DNA from: a virus
DNA length: 64,000 nt
Virus record (IMG/VR): IMGVR_UViG_3300025141_015211
Location: 1 to 64,000 of that record
Strand: one strand, 5' to 3'
In this document: in pieces, positions 1 through 9,543 of the stretch
Numbering within the stretch: position 1 is the stretch's first letter
How the letters are laid out: each line of letters opens with the position of its first letter
Notes under the pieces: model-generated
Told to the model about the DNA's origin: nothing
The model's database searches: none
What the model saw: only the letters and a program-made list of their open reading frames with translations
Made by a program: the position numbers and the translations under genes

Positions 1-55
1 GAAGGCCTGTCCGCCTCAATGGGCTGATAACGGAAACACTCTCTGGGGGGTTAAT

Positions 56-469
56 ATGAATATGTTAAAAAACAAAAGCGGGACTACAATTAAAGATGTC
101 TATGACAAGATGGACGGCGGTATGCAACATGCACTAAGCACAATAACAAAGAGAGTGCACTGTTGGCATGGTGATCCAAACAAAGAGAGACCCGTGCCCA
201 CAGGGAAGTGGATAACGTACTTCAGGACAAAAGAAGACTGGAAAAAATACAAAAAACAAGCAGGGATTACAAAACGAAAAGACGGAATCCTTACAAAAAA
301 GCAGCAAAGCAAGATTAAAAGTGAATGGGGAAACGTTCAGTTCTACCCTTTAAGCGACAACGGTGTTCAATACATTGTTGCCATGCAATTTAAAAATTAC
401 AAAACTCCGGCCAAGACTCAGCCCATTACGCCGAAGAACAGGGACGGGTCCGTCAATAAGGTTGACTAA
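56..469 (+). CDS. hypothetical protein
   Basis: 137 aa ORF preceded by a G-rich RBS-like stretch; no recognised motif. Confidence 0.6.
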   Translation: MNMLKNKSGTTIKDVYDKMDGGMQHALSTITKRVHCWHGDPNKERPVPTGKWITYFRTKEDWKKYKKQAGITKRKDGILTKKQQSKIKSEWGNVQFYPLSDNGVQYIVAMQFKNYKTPAKTQPITPKNRDGSVNKVD

Positions 470-505
470 GCAGCAAGGCCATCGATATTTACTCATGGAG
501 GGCTT

Positions 506-2392
506 ATGCCTATTAAAAACTTTGGAGCAGGAACCCCTAGATTTAATGAAGGGATAGTCATTACAGGGTCAGATGTGTCCGCACTACAGGTGTATCAGGA
601 TGCATCAAGCGTTTATGCAGCTGTAATTGATAACGATGCAGGTTCTGCAGGTCATGGTTTGAAAGTGACAACGGACGGAACAGGCACAGGGACAAATATT
701 CTTGACCTAGAAGCTGGTTCAACAACTGTATTTAAAGTACGAGGTGATGGAAGAGTTGGGATAGGTGTTGATACACCTGGTTCTACACTTTCTGTCGATG
801 ATGAAATAGCTGTAGGAGAAAAACTAGTTCACAGGGGTGATCCAAACACTTACTTGCAATTTCCTTCAAATGATAACATAACGTTTGCCGCTGGGGGGAG
901 CGAAGAGCTGAAAATAGCAAGTGATGCGATACTGGTTAAACAATACATTAAGCATGACGGTGATGAAGATACACTCATCAATTTTGCTGATGATAAGATA
1001 ATCCTTAAAGCCGGCAACATAGCGATGGTTACTGCGGAGCAAAAGGACTCTGCCCCTCACGAAGTCACTATTAATGATGGAAGTAACAATATTGATTTGG
1101 TTGTTAAGGGTAATGGTTCCGGTGCAGGCAACCCCGGCATGAAGTTTGATGCATCCACAAACAGACTAGGCATTAATGGAGTAGGCACACCCGATGAAGC
1201 ATTGCATGTCTGGGGCAATATTAAAGTCGATGGAACAGAGCCGACAATTGTTTTTAATGAAAGTGGGGCTGATAGAGCTGTTATTGGTGTGAACTCTTCG
1301 GACAATATTTTGATTGAAAACAAGACAATGAATAAGCATATTGTTTTCAAAGTCAACGATCAGGGAGTAGTCAGGGAAGGTTTGCGATTGGATGGTGCAG
1401 TTGCCGAAGTCGTCGTCAACCAGAGTGCAGAGTCTTTGGTTGACTTCCGAGTAGAATCTGATAACAAGACGCATGCCCTATTTGTTGACGGAAGCAGCGA
1501 AAAGGTCTTTGTTCTTTCAGGAAGTGGTGTCACTGGGGGCGACGGGCTTGATGTAAACTTCTTTGTGTCTGGATCAACAAATTCAAAAGGCACTGCAACG
1601 GCAGGCACTGCTGTCTTTGGAGGAGACACAGCTGTATCTGGTAATTTATATGTAGTAGATACGGGAGGACTATACGCAGACAAAATAAGAAGATACTCAG
1701 ATAGTGACAACACTACTAAAATACTTCTTAATGATGAACTACTTAAATTTTATGCTGGACATTCATCAAATGATATTGTACGCATTGGTGAGACAAACTA
1801 TGGTGATGATAACAACTTCTGGGTGTCTGGGTCAATAGGATCAAAAGGCACAGCAACAAGAGGTGTTGCAGTGTTTGGAGGAGACTTAATTGTTAGCGGC
1901 GGTCTCGACGTTGACGGTATGACACTTGTTGTAGACGAATCTACAAATATGGTAGGTGTAGGCACGGGATCGCCTAAAACTATATTAGATGTACATCACA
2001 ATCCTACTTCGCTATCCAACGACACGGGAGGTGGAGAAGTGGTAACTTTTGGTACAGGAAACTTAACAGCAGGTAAATTATACTTTCTCAATAGCAGCGG
2101 TGCTTGGACAGAGACAGACGCAGATTCAATCACTACGAGTGATGGTTTGCTGGGTATTGCACTCGGTGCCGCTCCTTCAGATGGTGTTCTATTGCGCGGC
2201 TTCTTTGATGCCACTACATACCTTTCTAACTTTGTATCAGGGCTACCTGTATACCTTTCCACAACTGCAGCTTCCATGGATACAACAGCGCCTTCTGGGG
2301 CATCAGACATAGTAAGGTGTGTCGGGTACTGCACAAATACGGCAAATGTTATATATTTTAACCCAGAATCGACTACACTGGAATTATCATAG
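506..2392 (+). CDS. tail fibre-like structural protein
   Basis: Gly/Ser/Thr-rich beta repeats (GRVGIG, VDFRVESD, FFVSGS..SKG...VFGGD twice); GGAGG RBS. Confidence 0.75.
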   Translation: MPIKNFGAGTPRFNEGIVITGSDVSALQVYQDASSVYAAVIDNDAGSAGHGLKVTTDGTGTGTNILDLEAGSTTVFKVRGDGRVGIGVDTPGSTLSVDDEIAVGEKLVHRGDPNTYLQFPSNDNITFAAGGSEELKIASDAILVKQYIKHDGDEDTLINFADDKIILKAGNIAMVTAEQKDSAPHEVTINDGSNNIDLVVKGNGSGAGNPGMKFDASTNRLGINGVGTPDEALHVWGNIKVDGTEPTIVFNESGADRAVIGVNSSDNILIENKTMNKHIVFKVNDQGVVREGLRLDGAVAEVVVNQSAESLVDFRVESDNKTHALFVDGSSEKVFVLSGSGVTGGDGLDVNFFVSGSTNSKGTATAGTAVFGGDTAVSGNLYVVDTGGLYADKIRRYSDSDNTTKILLNDELLKFYAGHSSNDIVRIGETNYGDDNNFWVSGSIGSKGTATRGVAVFGGDLIVSGGLDVDGMTLVVDESTNMVGVGTGSPKTILDVHHNPTSLSNDTGGGEVVTFGTGNLTAGKLYFLNSSGAWTETDADSITTSDGLLGIALGAAPSDGVLLRGFFDATTYLSNFVSGLPVYLSTTAASMDTTAPSGASDIVRCVGYCTNTANVIYFNPESTTLELS

Positions 2393-3553
2393 ATGGGTAT
2401 TGATAAAATTAATAGCATTGCTGTGTCGAGCATAGCAAAAGTATCAGGCAAAACAACATCACAGTTTTCAAAGATGGGTGGGCAAGATGTTTCTGTTGCA
2501 GCGGCAGGCGCTTCACGATTAGCAGCCGCAATGGATGACGCATATGTCTCTTGGGTTGATATTGTTGATGACGGAGATGCTTCAGTCTGGGAGACCAATA
2601 CTTACAAAGCCGGCGCCACTGGTGATACGTGGGATATGGTAGACATTGCTTACGGAAAAGACGGTAGCGGTGATCCGTTTTGGGTGACAGTTGCAGCAAA
2701 GAACAATCCAGAGATTCTCTATGACGACGACGGGGACATTACTGACGGTGTAAGGTGGGGTGAAATTAATCTCGGTAGTTCAATTCCTGGCAATCTAAAA
2801 CAGAAAACCGTTGTATGGGGAAATGATGTGTGGGTTAGCGCAGGTCTATTAACTTCTTCAAATAAATACATCTACAGATCAACAGACGGTTCAACATGGT
2901 CTGCCGTAGACATTAGCGGCGCAACTGATATCGGTAGTGTTTACTCAAGCGGTATCTACGCACTTACGAGTGATGGTGCAGGTAAGTGGTGGTTTGGAAT
3001 TGCAGGAAAGCTGTACTATTCTAGTGACAATGCTTCTTCTTGGTCGCTCCATGCAACATTTAGTGGTGAGACAATATATGACCTTGTTTACACTAATAAC
3101 ACACTTGTAGCACTTGTTAAGCACGGAGGAAACCCGCACCTTCGATCTGCAGCTTCATCAGACACAACAGACTTTAGCGACAAGACACAACTTCAAGACT
3201 CAAACGGAAACGGTCTCAACGGTAATAAAACAAAGCGGATGGCAGGTGGCGACGGACGAGTTGTCGTGATAGACACAGGACGATCGCTTGCAGCAGATGT
3301 TAACGGTAAAACAATAACAATTCAAGGGACTCGGCAAGACCTGCCTGATGAGGGTAACTTAAATTGCATTTGCACAGATGGGGACGGAAATTGGTGGACA
3401 GGAAGTGACGGTGGATCAACAGGACCAGATGGTGGAGATATTTGCAAGAGCACAGATAATGGTGCATCTTGGAGTAAAATAGCAGAAGGTATTAATGTTT
3501 CAGGCGATCGTAAAGTAGAAGGAATTGCTGTTGATGTCTACTTACCTGTATGA
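2393..3553 (+). CDS. Asp-box/BNR-repeat beta-propeller, likely tail or receptor-binding protein
   Basis: STDGSTW, SSDNASSW and STDNGASW Asp-boxes; abuts the tail fibre gene. Confidence 0.7.
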   Translation: MGIDKINSIAVSSIAKVSGKTTSQFSKMGGQDVSVAAAGASRLAAAMDDAYVSWVDIVDDGDASVWETNTYKAGATGDTWDMVDIAYGKDGSGDPFWVTVAAKNNPEILYDDDGDITDGVRWGEINLGSSIPGNLKQKTVVWGNDVWVSAGLLTSSNKYIYRSTDGSTWSAVDISGATDIGSVYSSGIYALTSDGAGKWWFGIAGKLYYSSDNASSWSLHATFSGETIYDLVYTNNTLVALVKHGGNPHLRSAASSDTTDFSDKTQLQDSNGNGLNGNKTKRMAGGDGRVVVIDTGRSLAADVNGKTITIQGTRQDLPDEGNLNCICTDGDGNWWTGSDGGSTGPDGGDICKSTDNGASWSKIAEGINVSGDRKVEGIAVDVYLPV

Positions 3554-3600
3554 CGTTTGTGTCTCGTGTACCTTACAAGGAAACATGTTAAGATATAAAC

Positions 3601-3774
3601 ATGATAGAAAAGATTAAAGAAGTAAAGGTCAAGGGTTATAGAAAGCAGCACACATTCTCTATAGAAAAGTCATCGCTTGCTGGTCACACGTTTGTAAGGC
3701 TTCTGAAAAACGGTAATGTTGTGCTTAACTGCACTGAAAGAGAATTTGAAAAGATGCGCAAACTCTTTCTATAA
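3601..3774 (+). CDS. small hypothetical protein (57 aa, not in ORF track)
   Basis: MIEKIKEV...RKLFL, preceded by TGTACC-N16-TAAGAT. Confidence 0.55.
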   Translation: MIEKIKEVKVKGYRKQHTFSIEKSSLAGHTFVRLLKNGNVVLNCTEREFEKMRKLFL

Positions 3775-4122
3775 GCACACGTACTTAATCCACGCGTACG
3801 GTTTACGACTATCTAAGTAGTCAAGGTTAGTGTCATTGTTGTAAGCTTCTCGCTCGAACGGATTCTCGTAGTAAGCGTCTTGGCCATTTCTATATCTAAC
3901 CAGTCCCACAATGTGGAACAACCCATAAAGAACCCACTGGAATACGAAAAGCATTTCTAATTGTTGCCTATAGTGAATTGTCTCATGATTTTTGGTACGT
4001 TCGCTCATCAAGCCGCGACACCAAACAAACACACTGAAAGACAACGCATAAACATCAATCGGGACTATCTTTGAAAGCCAAACCGGCACCTTAGAGTTTT
4101 CAATAAAGATGGGAAATTTCAT
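3769..4122 (-). CDS. small zincin-like (HExxH) protein
   Basis: HETIH and NPFEREAY motifs. Confidence 0.6.
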   Translation of the reverse strand: MKFPIFIENSKVPVWLSKIVPIDVYALSFSVFVWCRGLMSERTKNHETIHYRQQLEMLFVFQWVLYGLFHIVGLVRYRNGQDAYYENPFEREAYNNDTNLDYLDSRKPYAWIKYVCL

Positions 4123-4125
4123 AGG

Positions 4126-4827
4126 CTAGAAGCCTGCAAGCTTTCTAAAGCGTTCGTTTCTTGCTTCGATTCTTGAGGTCATTTCTCTTACTTCTTTAAG
4201 TTCTTTTTTATCTTCTTCTTCGTGGCTGTCGCAGTGTGTCTCTTCGATGTCAGCTTCTTCAAAATACGACAATATTTCATCGTCAACGTCATCTTCATAA
4301 ACGGGCAACGGGCGTGTTACTTCTGCGACACGTTCTTCAGGTTCTATTTCTATATCAACTTCTGCGTCAGGTCCTGACTCAGCTCCAACAGGTGTTACAC
4401 CATCTTGACCTTGAGCAGCAGCGCTTCTAGCAGACGGAATCTTTTTCGCAGCATTAACAACAGCAGTAGCTTCATCATCACTTAGTACAGGTAAAAGTTT
4501 GGCTGCTCCATAGAGTGGTGCGCCTGCAACGGTAGCGAGTACTCCGCATGCCTTGCTAAGCATGCCTATGTTGCTATCGGACCCTGTTTCTTTTGGGTCT
4601 ATTTGGCAGACTGTTTTCTTAAAAAAATCAGGAAGTGCGGTAAGAATAGAAGCAAGTTTTTGTCGACCGTCTTGTGATGACATCATATTCGTTAAAACAT
4701 TGATACCTGTGTCAACTAGGACTTGCTTGCCCACTTGTGCCATATTCTCATTCAACGCGTCTCTAACAACGAGTCGCAATTCTTCTTCTTGAATGATTTG
4801 ATTAAGTTTTTCTCTATCAATTTCCAT
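4126..4827 (-). CDS. putative internal head protein
   Basis: IDREKLNQIIQEE...LNE at N-terminus, RFRKLAGF at C-terminus; start moved to ATG 4827. Confidence 0.55.
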   Translation of the reverse strand: MEIDREKLNQIIQEEELRLVVRDALNENMAQVGKQVLVDTGINVLTNMMSSQDGRQKLASILTALPDFFKKTVCQIDPKETGSDSNIGMLSKACGVLATVAGAPLYGAAKLLPVLSDDEATAVVNAAKKIPSARSAAAQGQDGVTPVGAESGPDAEVDIEIEPEERVAEVTRPLPVYEDDVDDEILSYFEEADIEETHCDSHEEEDKKELKEVREMTSRIEARNERFRKLAGF

Positions 4828-4925
4828 TTTAATACCCAAAGAGTGGTTAAAGCATATCAATAATTATCACTCTAATTTTGTATTTTAATGCAAACATGCT
4901 TACACGCTTTGTATATTTATAGATC

Positions 4926-5252
4926 ATGGCAATTACAATAACAGACGCAGCTAAAAATAAAATAGAAGTAATTCTAAAAAAGCGTCAAACACCTTCTGCT
5001 TTTCTTAGGGTGGCAATCAAGGGCGGAGGTTGTTCAGGCTTTACTTATCACTATGATTTTGTAGACTCACCCGCAAAAAAAGACAAAGTTTTTGATTTTG
5101 GCAAAGTCAAAATATGTGTAGATATAAAATCGTACCTGTTCTTGAACGGTGTTGAAATAGACTATGAAGAATCAATGATGAGATCAGGTATCATATTAAA
5201 CAATCCCAATGCAAAAAGAGCTTGTGGTTGTGGTGAGTCTATTTCATTCTAA
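4926..5252 (+). CDS. iscA: A-type Fe-S cluster carrier (IscA/ErpA/HesB family)
   Basis: GGGCSG and CGCGES motifs. Confidence 0.92.
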   Translation: MAITITDAAKNKIEVILKKRQTPSAFLRVAIKGGGCSGFTYHYDFVDSPAKKDKVFDFGKVKICVDIKSYLFLNGVEIDYEESMMRSGIILNNPNAKRACGCGESISF

Positions 5253-5280
5253 TGTAAATATTTATTGTTTTCATTATAAT
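5253..5280 (+). promoter_or_regulatory. class A promoter TGTAAA-N16-TATAAT
   Basis: identical hexamers and spacing also at 16518 and 24253. Confidence 0.7.
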
Positions 5281-5287
5281 TGTATAG

Positions 5288-5518
5288 ATGAAAATAGGTG
5301 ATCTAGTTAGATATCGTGGATGGAGTAAAAGTATAGGATCTGATCCACTTGCCCTAGTTGTGGCAGTACAGTCTGAGAACTCTGACTTTCACAAAAGAGT
5401 TAGGGTTATGTGGGTGGGTGAAGTAGTCCCAATCCAAGCTCAGGTGATTTCTACTACAGGTAGTAGATTTAGTAGTTGGTGTGCACCCAAATACTTCGAG
5501 ATAATCAGTGAATATTAA
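5288..5518 (+). CDS. small KOW/SH3-like 'MKIGDLV' protein
   Basis: MKIGDLVRY start, EIISE end. Confidence 0.65.
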   Translation: MKIGDLVRYRGWSKSIGSDPLALVVAVQSENSDFHKRVRVMWVGEVVPIQAQVISTTGSRFSSWCAPKYFEIISEY

Positions 5519-5678
5519 TATGTTAGTAAGATTTCAAACAAATACAATACACCCAGATAAGTCTGTGGGAATAGTGATTAGTACAAACAATAAACAAAAA
5601 ATATGTAATGTACTAATGTGTAATGATATTATCACATGCGACTGGGAAGATTTAGAGAAGTTAAGTGAAGTACGGTAA
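5508..5678 (+). CDS. small KOW/SH3-like protein (56 aa, not in ORF track)
   Basis: GTG start, ...VGIVI...DLEKLSE; fills the gap between paralogues. Confidence 0.5.
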   Translation: MNINMLVRFQTNTIHPDKSVGIVISTNNKQKICNVLMCNDIITCDWEDLEKLSEVR

Positions 5679-5853
5679 GCTTGTTAGAATTAAAACAAAA
5701 GAAAAGACCTTCATCGATCGAATTGGACTAGTTCTAGATTCTATGGACATGAATACAGGTTATACTTGGTATGAAGTCATGATTGACAATGAAAGATACT
5801 GGTTTGATGAAATTGATTTAGAGGTGATTGATGAAGATCGGCGACCTGATTAG
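5665..5853 (+). CDS. small KOW/SH3-like protein
   Basis: KYGKLVRI...IGLVL...DLEVIDE. Confidence 0.6.
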   Translation: MKYGKLVRIKTKEKTFIDRIGLVLDSMDMNTGYTWYEVMIDNERYWFDEIDLEVIDEDRRPD

Positions 5854-6031
5854 AGTAAAATATTATGAAAATAAAAATATAGTTGACTCATGGTACCATG
5901 GTGTCCTTGTTGAATCTGCAGAAGATAACAACCCATCATTTGATATGATGTGGTGTGCAGAAACAGAATCTTTACATGTGCTAAGAAAAGACAAAGATCT
6001 AATAGAAGTCTTGTGCAAATTAAAAGTATAA
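5828..6031 (+). CDS. small KOW/SH3-like protein
   Basis: MKIGDLIRV. Confidence 0.6.
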   Translation: MMKIGDLIRVKYYENKNIVDSWYHGVLVESAEDNNPSFDMMWCAETESLHVLRKDKDLIEVLCKLKV

Positions 6032-6080
6032 TAAAACTAAACACAGAAATAATAGTTATAAGTGTCGAAAAGGTTTAACA

Positions 6081-6506
6081 ATGAAAACATCTCGTTCAAA
6101 ATTACGATGCATTATAAAAGAAGAGATTCTTAAAGTGCATGAAGCAATTACTGATCTAAGTTTTAGTAGAGTGTCATCACCCACTTCTGACAACACAGTA
6201 AAAAAGAAAGACAAATCTAAAAAAGAAGCTGTACAAGGAATTACATCATCTGGTGCACACAAATATGCTCGTGCTTACTTGAGAAAAAAAGATAAAGACC
6301 CAGATTCATTGAACAATCACAGCCGTTTTAGAAATTTCTTATCAGACAATCTCAAAACTTACTGGCCAAGCACAGACATAGATGACATAGAAGAAGAAAT
6401 TGAAGACTGGCTTGATACGAATATCATTGATGCTGAACCTACTCAACCTAAAAAGAAAAAGTCGACTCGCAAAAAGAAGTCGAAAAAAACGCGTAAAAAG
6501 AAGTAA
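6081..6506 (+). CDS. putative internal head protein with basic tail
   Basis: MKTSRSKLRCIIKEE; Lys-rich C-terminus. Confidence 0.6.
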   Translation: MKTSRSKLRCIIKEEILKVHEAITDLSFSRVSSPTSDNTVKKKDKSKKEAVQGITSSGAHKYARAYLRKKDKDPDSLNNHSRFRNFLSDNLKTYWPSTDIDDIEEEIEDWLDTNIIDAEPTQPKKKKSTRKKKSKKTRKKK

Positions 6507-6509
6507 CCA

Positions 6510-6836
6510 GTGTATGAGTATCGAGCTTACGTAAGAAAAGTTTACGATGGTGACACTGTCACAGTCGATATCGATCTTGGGTTTGATATAATCATTCACA
6601 AGCAAAAAATACGATTGCTTAGAATTAATGCACCCGAAGTGCGAGGCGAAGAAAGAGAATTGGGTCTCAAGTCTAGAGACGCCCTTCGTGAAAAAATATG
6701 CAATAAGTGGATAAAATTAAAGACACAGCAAGATAAAAAAGGCAAATACGGTAGGTGGCTTGGAGAACTCTGGATAGATGATGAATGTGTCAATGACTGG
6801 CTGTTAAAAGAAGGTTATGCTGAAGAGTACAAATAG
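6510..6836 (+). CDS. thermonuclease (SNase-like)
   Basis: VYDGDT, IRLLRINAPE, GKYGRWL motifs. Confidence 0.9.
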   Translation: MYEYRAYVRKVYDGDTVTVDIDLGFDIIIHKQKIRLLRINAPEVRGEERELGLKSRDALREKICNKWIKLKTQQDKKGKYGRWLGELWIDDECVNDWLLKEGYAEEYK

Positions 6837-6880
6837 CCAACGTAGGTCATATTTATAATGTACCGCGCGGAGAACGCTAA

Positions 6881-7579
6881 ATGAGAATCACACATACCCG
6901 ACTAATGAAGTTTCTACGTGAAGCAATTGAGCTAAGCGATGACAGTAGAGAAAAAGCAATCGCTGCATTAAAACAGAGGCTTGAAGATGAAGGTGGCGCC
7001 ATGGGTTCTGAAGAAGCCAAAGAAACTGCACAAAATGCTGCAGGTGTCAAAATGGGTGACGAAGACTTTGAGGCACTGGCACAAGATGCTGACATTAAAA
7101 CACACAAGTCGGGTGATGTTGTAGATACAACAGGCCTTGCAGAAGGGAACAAAATGAAAATAACACGCAGACAATTAAGAAAGATTATCAAGGAAGAGTT
7201 AAGCAACACAGTTAACGAATCCATTGCTGATATGTCAGACATGGAGCGGCTGATCGGGGATTTAGCAGGAGAAGTAGCTGACAAATTTGGTGAAGCTATG
7301 GAGTCTCTCTGGGATGAAGACACCGCAATGATGCGTCAGCAAGGTTACACAGATAAATCGCAGTGGACCCGTCAAGTTGGTAGTGCAGAGATTCAGCTTG
7401 AGGAAACGATCCAGAACATGGTGACCCAAGCCATTAACGATATAGAAATGAGACTTCATGGTGGAGACTATTATGACAGTCGTGATGATGTGTCTTCGAT
7501 GGGTGGGCCCGACAGAGATAGTGACGGTGCACTTGACGCAGACGAGCTAAGAAGTATTGCTGATGATTTAGAAGGATAA
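6881..7579 (+). CDS. putative internal head protein, two-module
   Basis: MRITHTRLMKFLRE plus internal MKITRRQLRKIIKEE. Confidence 0.65.
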   Translation: MRITHTRLMKFLREAIELSDDSREKAIAALKQRLEDEGGAMGSEEAKETAQNAAGVKMGDEDFEALAQDADIKTHKSGDVVDTTGLAEGNKMKITRRQLRKIIKEELSNTVNESIADMSDMERLIGDLAGEVADKFGEAMESLWDEDTAMMRQQGYTDKSQWTRQVGSAEIQLEETIQNMVTQAINDIEMRLHGGDYYDSRDDVSSMGGPDRDSDGALDADELRSIADDLEG

Positions 7580-7583
7580 ACAA

Positions 7584-8531
7584 ATGAAAATCACACGTAA
7601 GCAATTAAGACAGATCATCAAGGAAAATGTTGCACTTGTTAATGAAGGTAATAAAAAAAATGTTGGTGAGACGAATAGTGAAATCAAACATGAAGATGTT
7701 AAAAACTTTCCACATGAAAAGCTTTCAACTGGTAGATTTATAGTTGTAAGCAAGCCCGAGCTTACTAAACTCGGTGGTGGGAAGGTTGCGCTCACTAAGC
7801 TAGCTAAAAAATACAATTTTAAAAATTACAAAACTACAGTGCACTTTAAAGAAGGTAAGTACTTTGGTGTTGTAATTTTTGAGCTAAAACCTAAAAAATC
7901 TGCCCCGCCGCCAAAAGGAAGCGAAAAGAAAATCATAGGACAAGATCTTGAATATATCGGACCTAAGATTAAGAAACTAGGTAAAAAGATGTCAGATTAT
8001 GTTTACTATAATTTGTCAACAGGATACGTAGTGGCATTTCTTAAGGATAGCCAGGATTTAAAAGCCTGGGTAAAGCGCTTGCCTAATGCAAAAGAAGCAG
8101 AATTTAGTCAAGAAGAGTTGCAAAGTGCATACAACTATAAAATGCCTGGTTTACATGAAGTCACACGCAAACAATTAAGACAGCTCATTAAAGAAGTCAT
8201 CAGTGATGACCAAGACTTTCTCCACTACGAGACTGATGCGGTGTATGCTGAATTAGTGGATCTCCTCGACGACATCGCAGCACCCAGCTGGATCAGACAG
8301 AATCTTGAAGATGGTCTTACGAAAGATCAGATAATAGCAAAGGCCCGGCGAGGTGAAGTGCGATCTAGAGAGTGGATGTCGACTGACTCAGACGGTGACG
8401 ACTATCCCAAGACTGTTGGCTATACTGATCCAAAGGGTGAAAAGCAGATGATCGTCGTCAACTCTTTAGACGATATGAATGACATCCTTGACTTATTAGC
8501 AGATCGTGACATCCCATACAGCGTAGACTAG
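7584..8531 (+). CDS. putative internal head protein, two-module
   Basis: MKITRKQLRQIIKE plus internal LHEVTRKQLRQLIKE. Confidence 0.65.
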   Translation: MKITRKQLRQIIKENVALVNEGNKKNVGETNSEIKHEDVKNFPHEKLSTGRFIVVSKPELTKLGGGKVALTKLAKKYNFKNYKTTVHFKEGKYFGVVIFELKPKKSAPPPKGSEKKIIGQDLEYIGPKIKKLGKKMSDYVYYNLSTGYVVAFLKDSQDLKAWVKRLPNAKEAEFSQEELQSAYNYKMPGLHEVTRKQLRQLIKEVISDDQDFLHYETDAVYAELVDLLDDIAAPSWIRQNLEDGLTKDQIIAKARRGEVRSREWMSTDSDGDDYPKTVGYTDPKGEKQMIVVNSLDDMNDILDLLADRDIPYSVD

Positions 8532-8539
8532 GAGAGGAA

Positions 8540-8677
8540 ATGAAAAGATTAATTCAATTTCACAAAGACTTGCTTAATGAGGTGGTTCACTATTTTGGCT
8601 TATCTCTTTATCAGACGCTGTGGATAGCATTTGCTAAGGGAATACTCATTGGTTACCTCATTGGAGAATACCTGTGA
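8540..8677 (+). CDS. small membrane protein (45 aa)
   Basis: GGAGAGG RBS; hydrophobic LWIAFAKGILIGYLIG. Confidence 0.55.
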   Translation: MKRLIQFHKDLLNEVVHYFGLSLYQTLWIAFAKGILIGYLIGEYL

Positions 8678-8802
8678 AACTTATCAAGGGCTTGTGGGAT
8701 AAGATCGTTGACGTGATTGACGACATTGCGGCCCAACTTGGTTTGCAACCCAAACCCGTTCCTGTACCCGTTAAGAACAACAGTGATCGGCGGCATAAGT
8801 GA
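8674..8802 (+). CDS. small protein (42 aa)
   Basis: GTGA-coupled start; QPKPVPVPV motif. Confidence 0.45.
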   Translation: MKLIKGLWDKIVDVIDDIAAQLGLQPKPVPVPVKNNSDRRHK

Positions 8803-8900
8803 AAAAGACTTTGGATAAAGCATTAGATGGCTTATCGCCTGAAGATTTGAAAGAGTATGAAGAAGCTATTGAGCTTTGGATAACTTACGGTGGAGATTAA
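8799..8900 (+). CDS. small protein (33 aa)
   Basis: GTGA-coupled; stop is 1 nt before ATG 8902. Confidence 0.4.
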   Translation: MKKTLDKALDGLSPEDLKEYEEAIELWITYGGD

Positions 8901-8901
8901 A

Positions 8902-9543
8902 ATGAAAATCATGCGTAAACAATTAAGACAGATTATTAAGGAAGAAGCGCAAACTCGAGACTGGACATCATTTGACGATGCTAAGATGGCATCACTTGAG
9001 TCAACATCAGATGAACCTGTTTATTGGTACAATCCTAAAGACAGTCTTATGCACACAATTGTTAATGGAGCAGTTGTTGGCAATTCGCCTAAGGTGGTTC
9101 ATGGAACCAGAGATTTTTTAGCGCATAAGCGCAAAGCTAAAGAAAACCCTGCAGCTTACTTCAATTTTACATCTGAAGAAGAAACGCTCGCTGAGGGGCA
9201 CGACACATTAAGACAGATCATAAAAGAGGCGCTAAGCAAGGCGGCACCGTTCGGAAGCGGCATGAAGCAGGCCAAACTTAACAAGGATCAGAAGAAGATC
9301 ATTGGTCACACATGACTGACTCACGTTAAGCGGAAGGATTCTGCTTTAAAAGAGGTTGGTGAGGTGCTATGGCATTCACTTAACGAATCAGGTGATATTA
9401 GGTTTTACGATGTCTACTGGACAAGAAGTGATAAGATTGAAAGAGATATTAGTGCAAAACTACTTGAAGCAGTTAAAATTAAAGAGCATGAGCATAAAGC
9501 TTCTGATCCTGGCACACCTCTCTCCGAGCGAAAGAAGAAATAA
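8902..9543 (+). CDS. candidate selenoprotein, putative internal head protein (213 aa with UGA readthrough at 9313-9315)
   Basis: frame stays open for 75 codons past TGA to TAA 9541-9543; SECIS-like hairpin follows the TGA; MKIMRKQLRQIIKEE tag. Confidence 0.75.
9316..9359 (+). promoter_or_regulatory. bacterial SECIS-like stem-loop
   Basis: AAGCGGA(9328-34)/TCTGCTT(9340-46) stem; AGGAT loop starts 19 nt after UGA; lower stem CTGAC/GTTGG. Confidence 0.7.

Noticed and set aside
1996-2598. Long antisense ORFs (also 6877, 21458, 50529 and others)
   Set aside because: Shadow frames of well-supported genes on the opposite strand
4926-5252. HesB-like protein as a selenoprotein
   Set aside because: All conserved Cys are TGT codons and there is no in-frame TGA
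7154-9230. CRISPR array from the recurring ~45-bp sequence
   Set aside because: Copies are coding, degenerate at third positions and irregularly spaced by hundreds of bp
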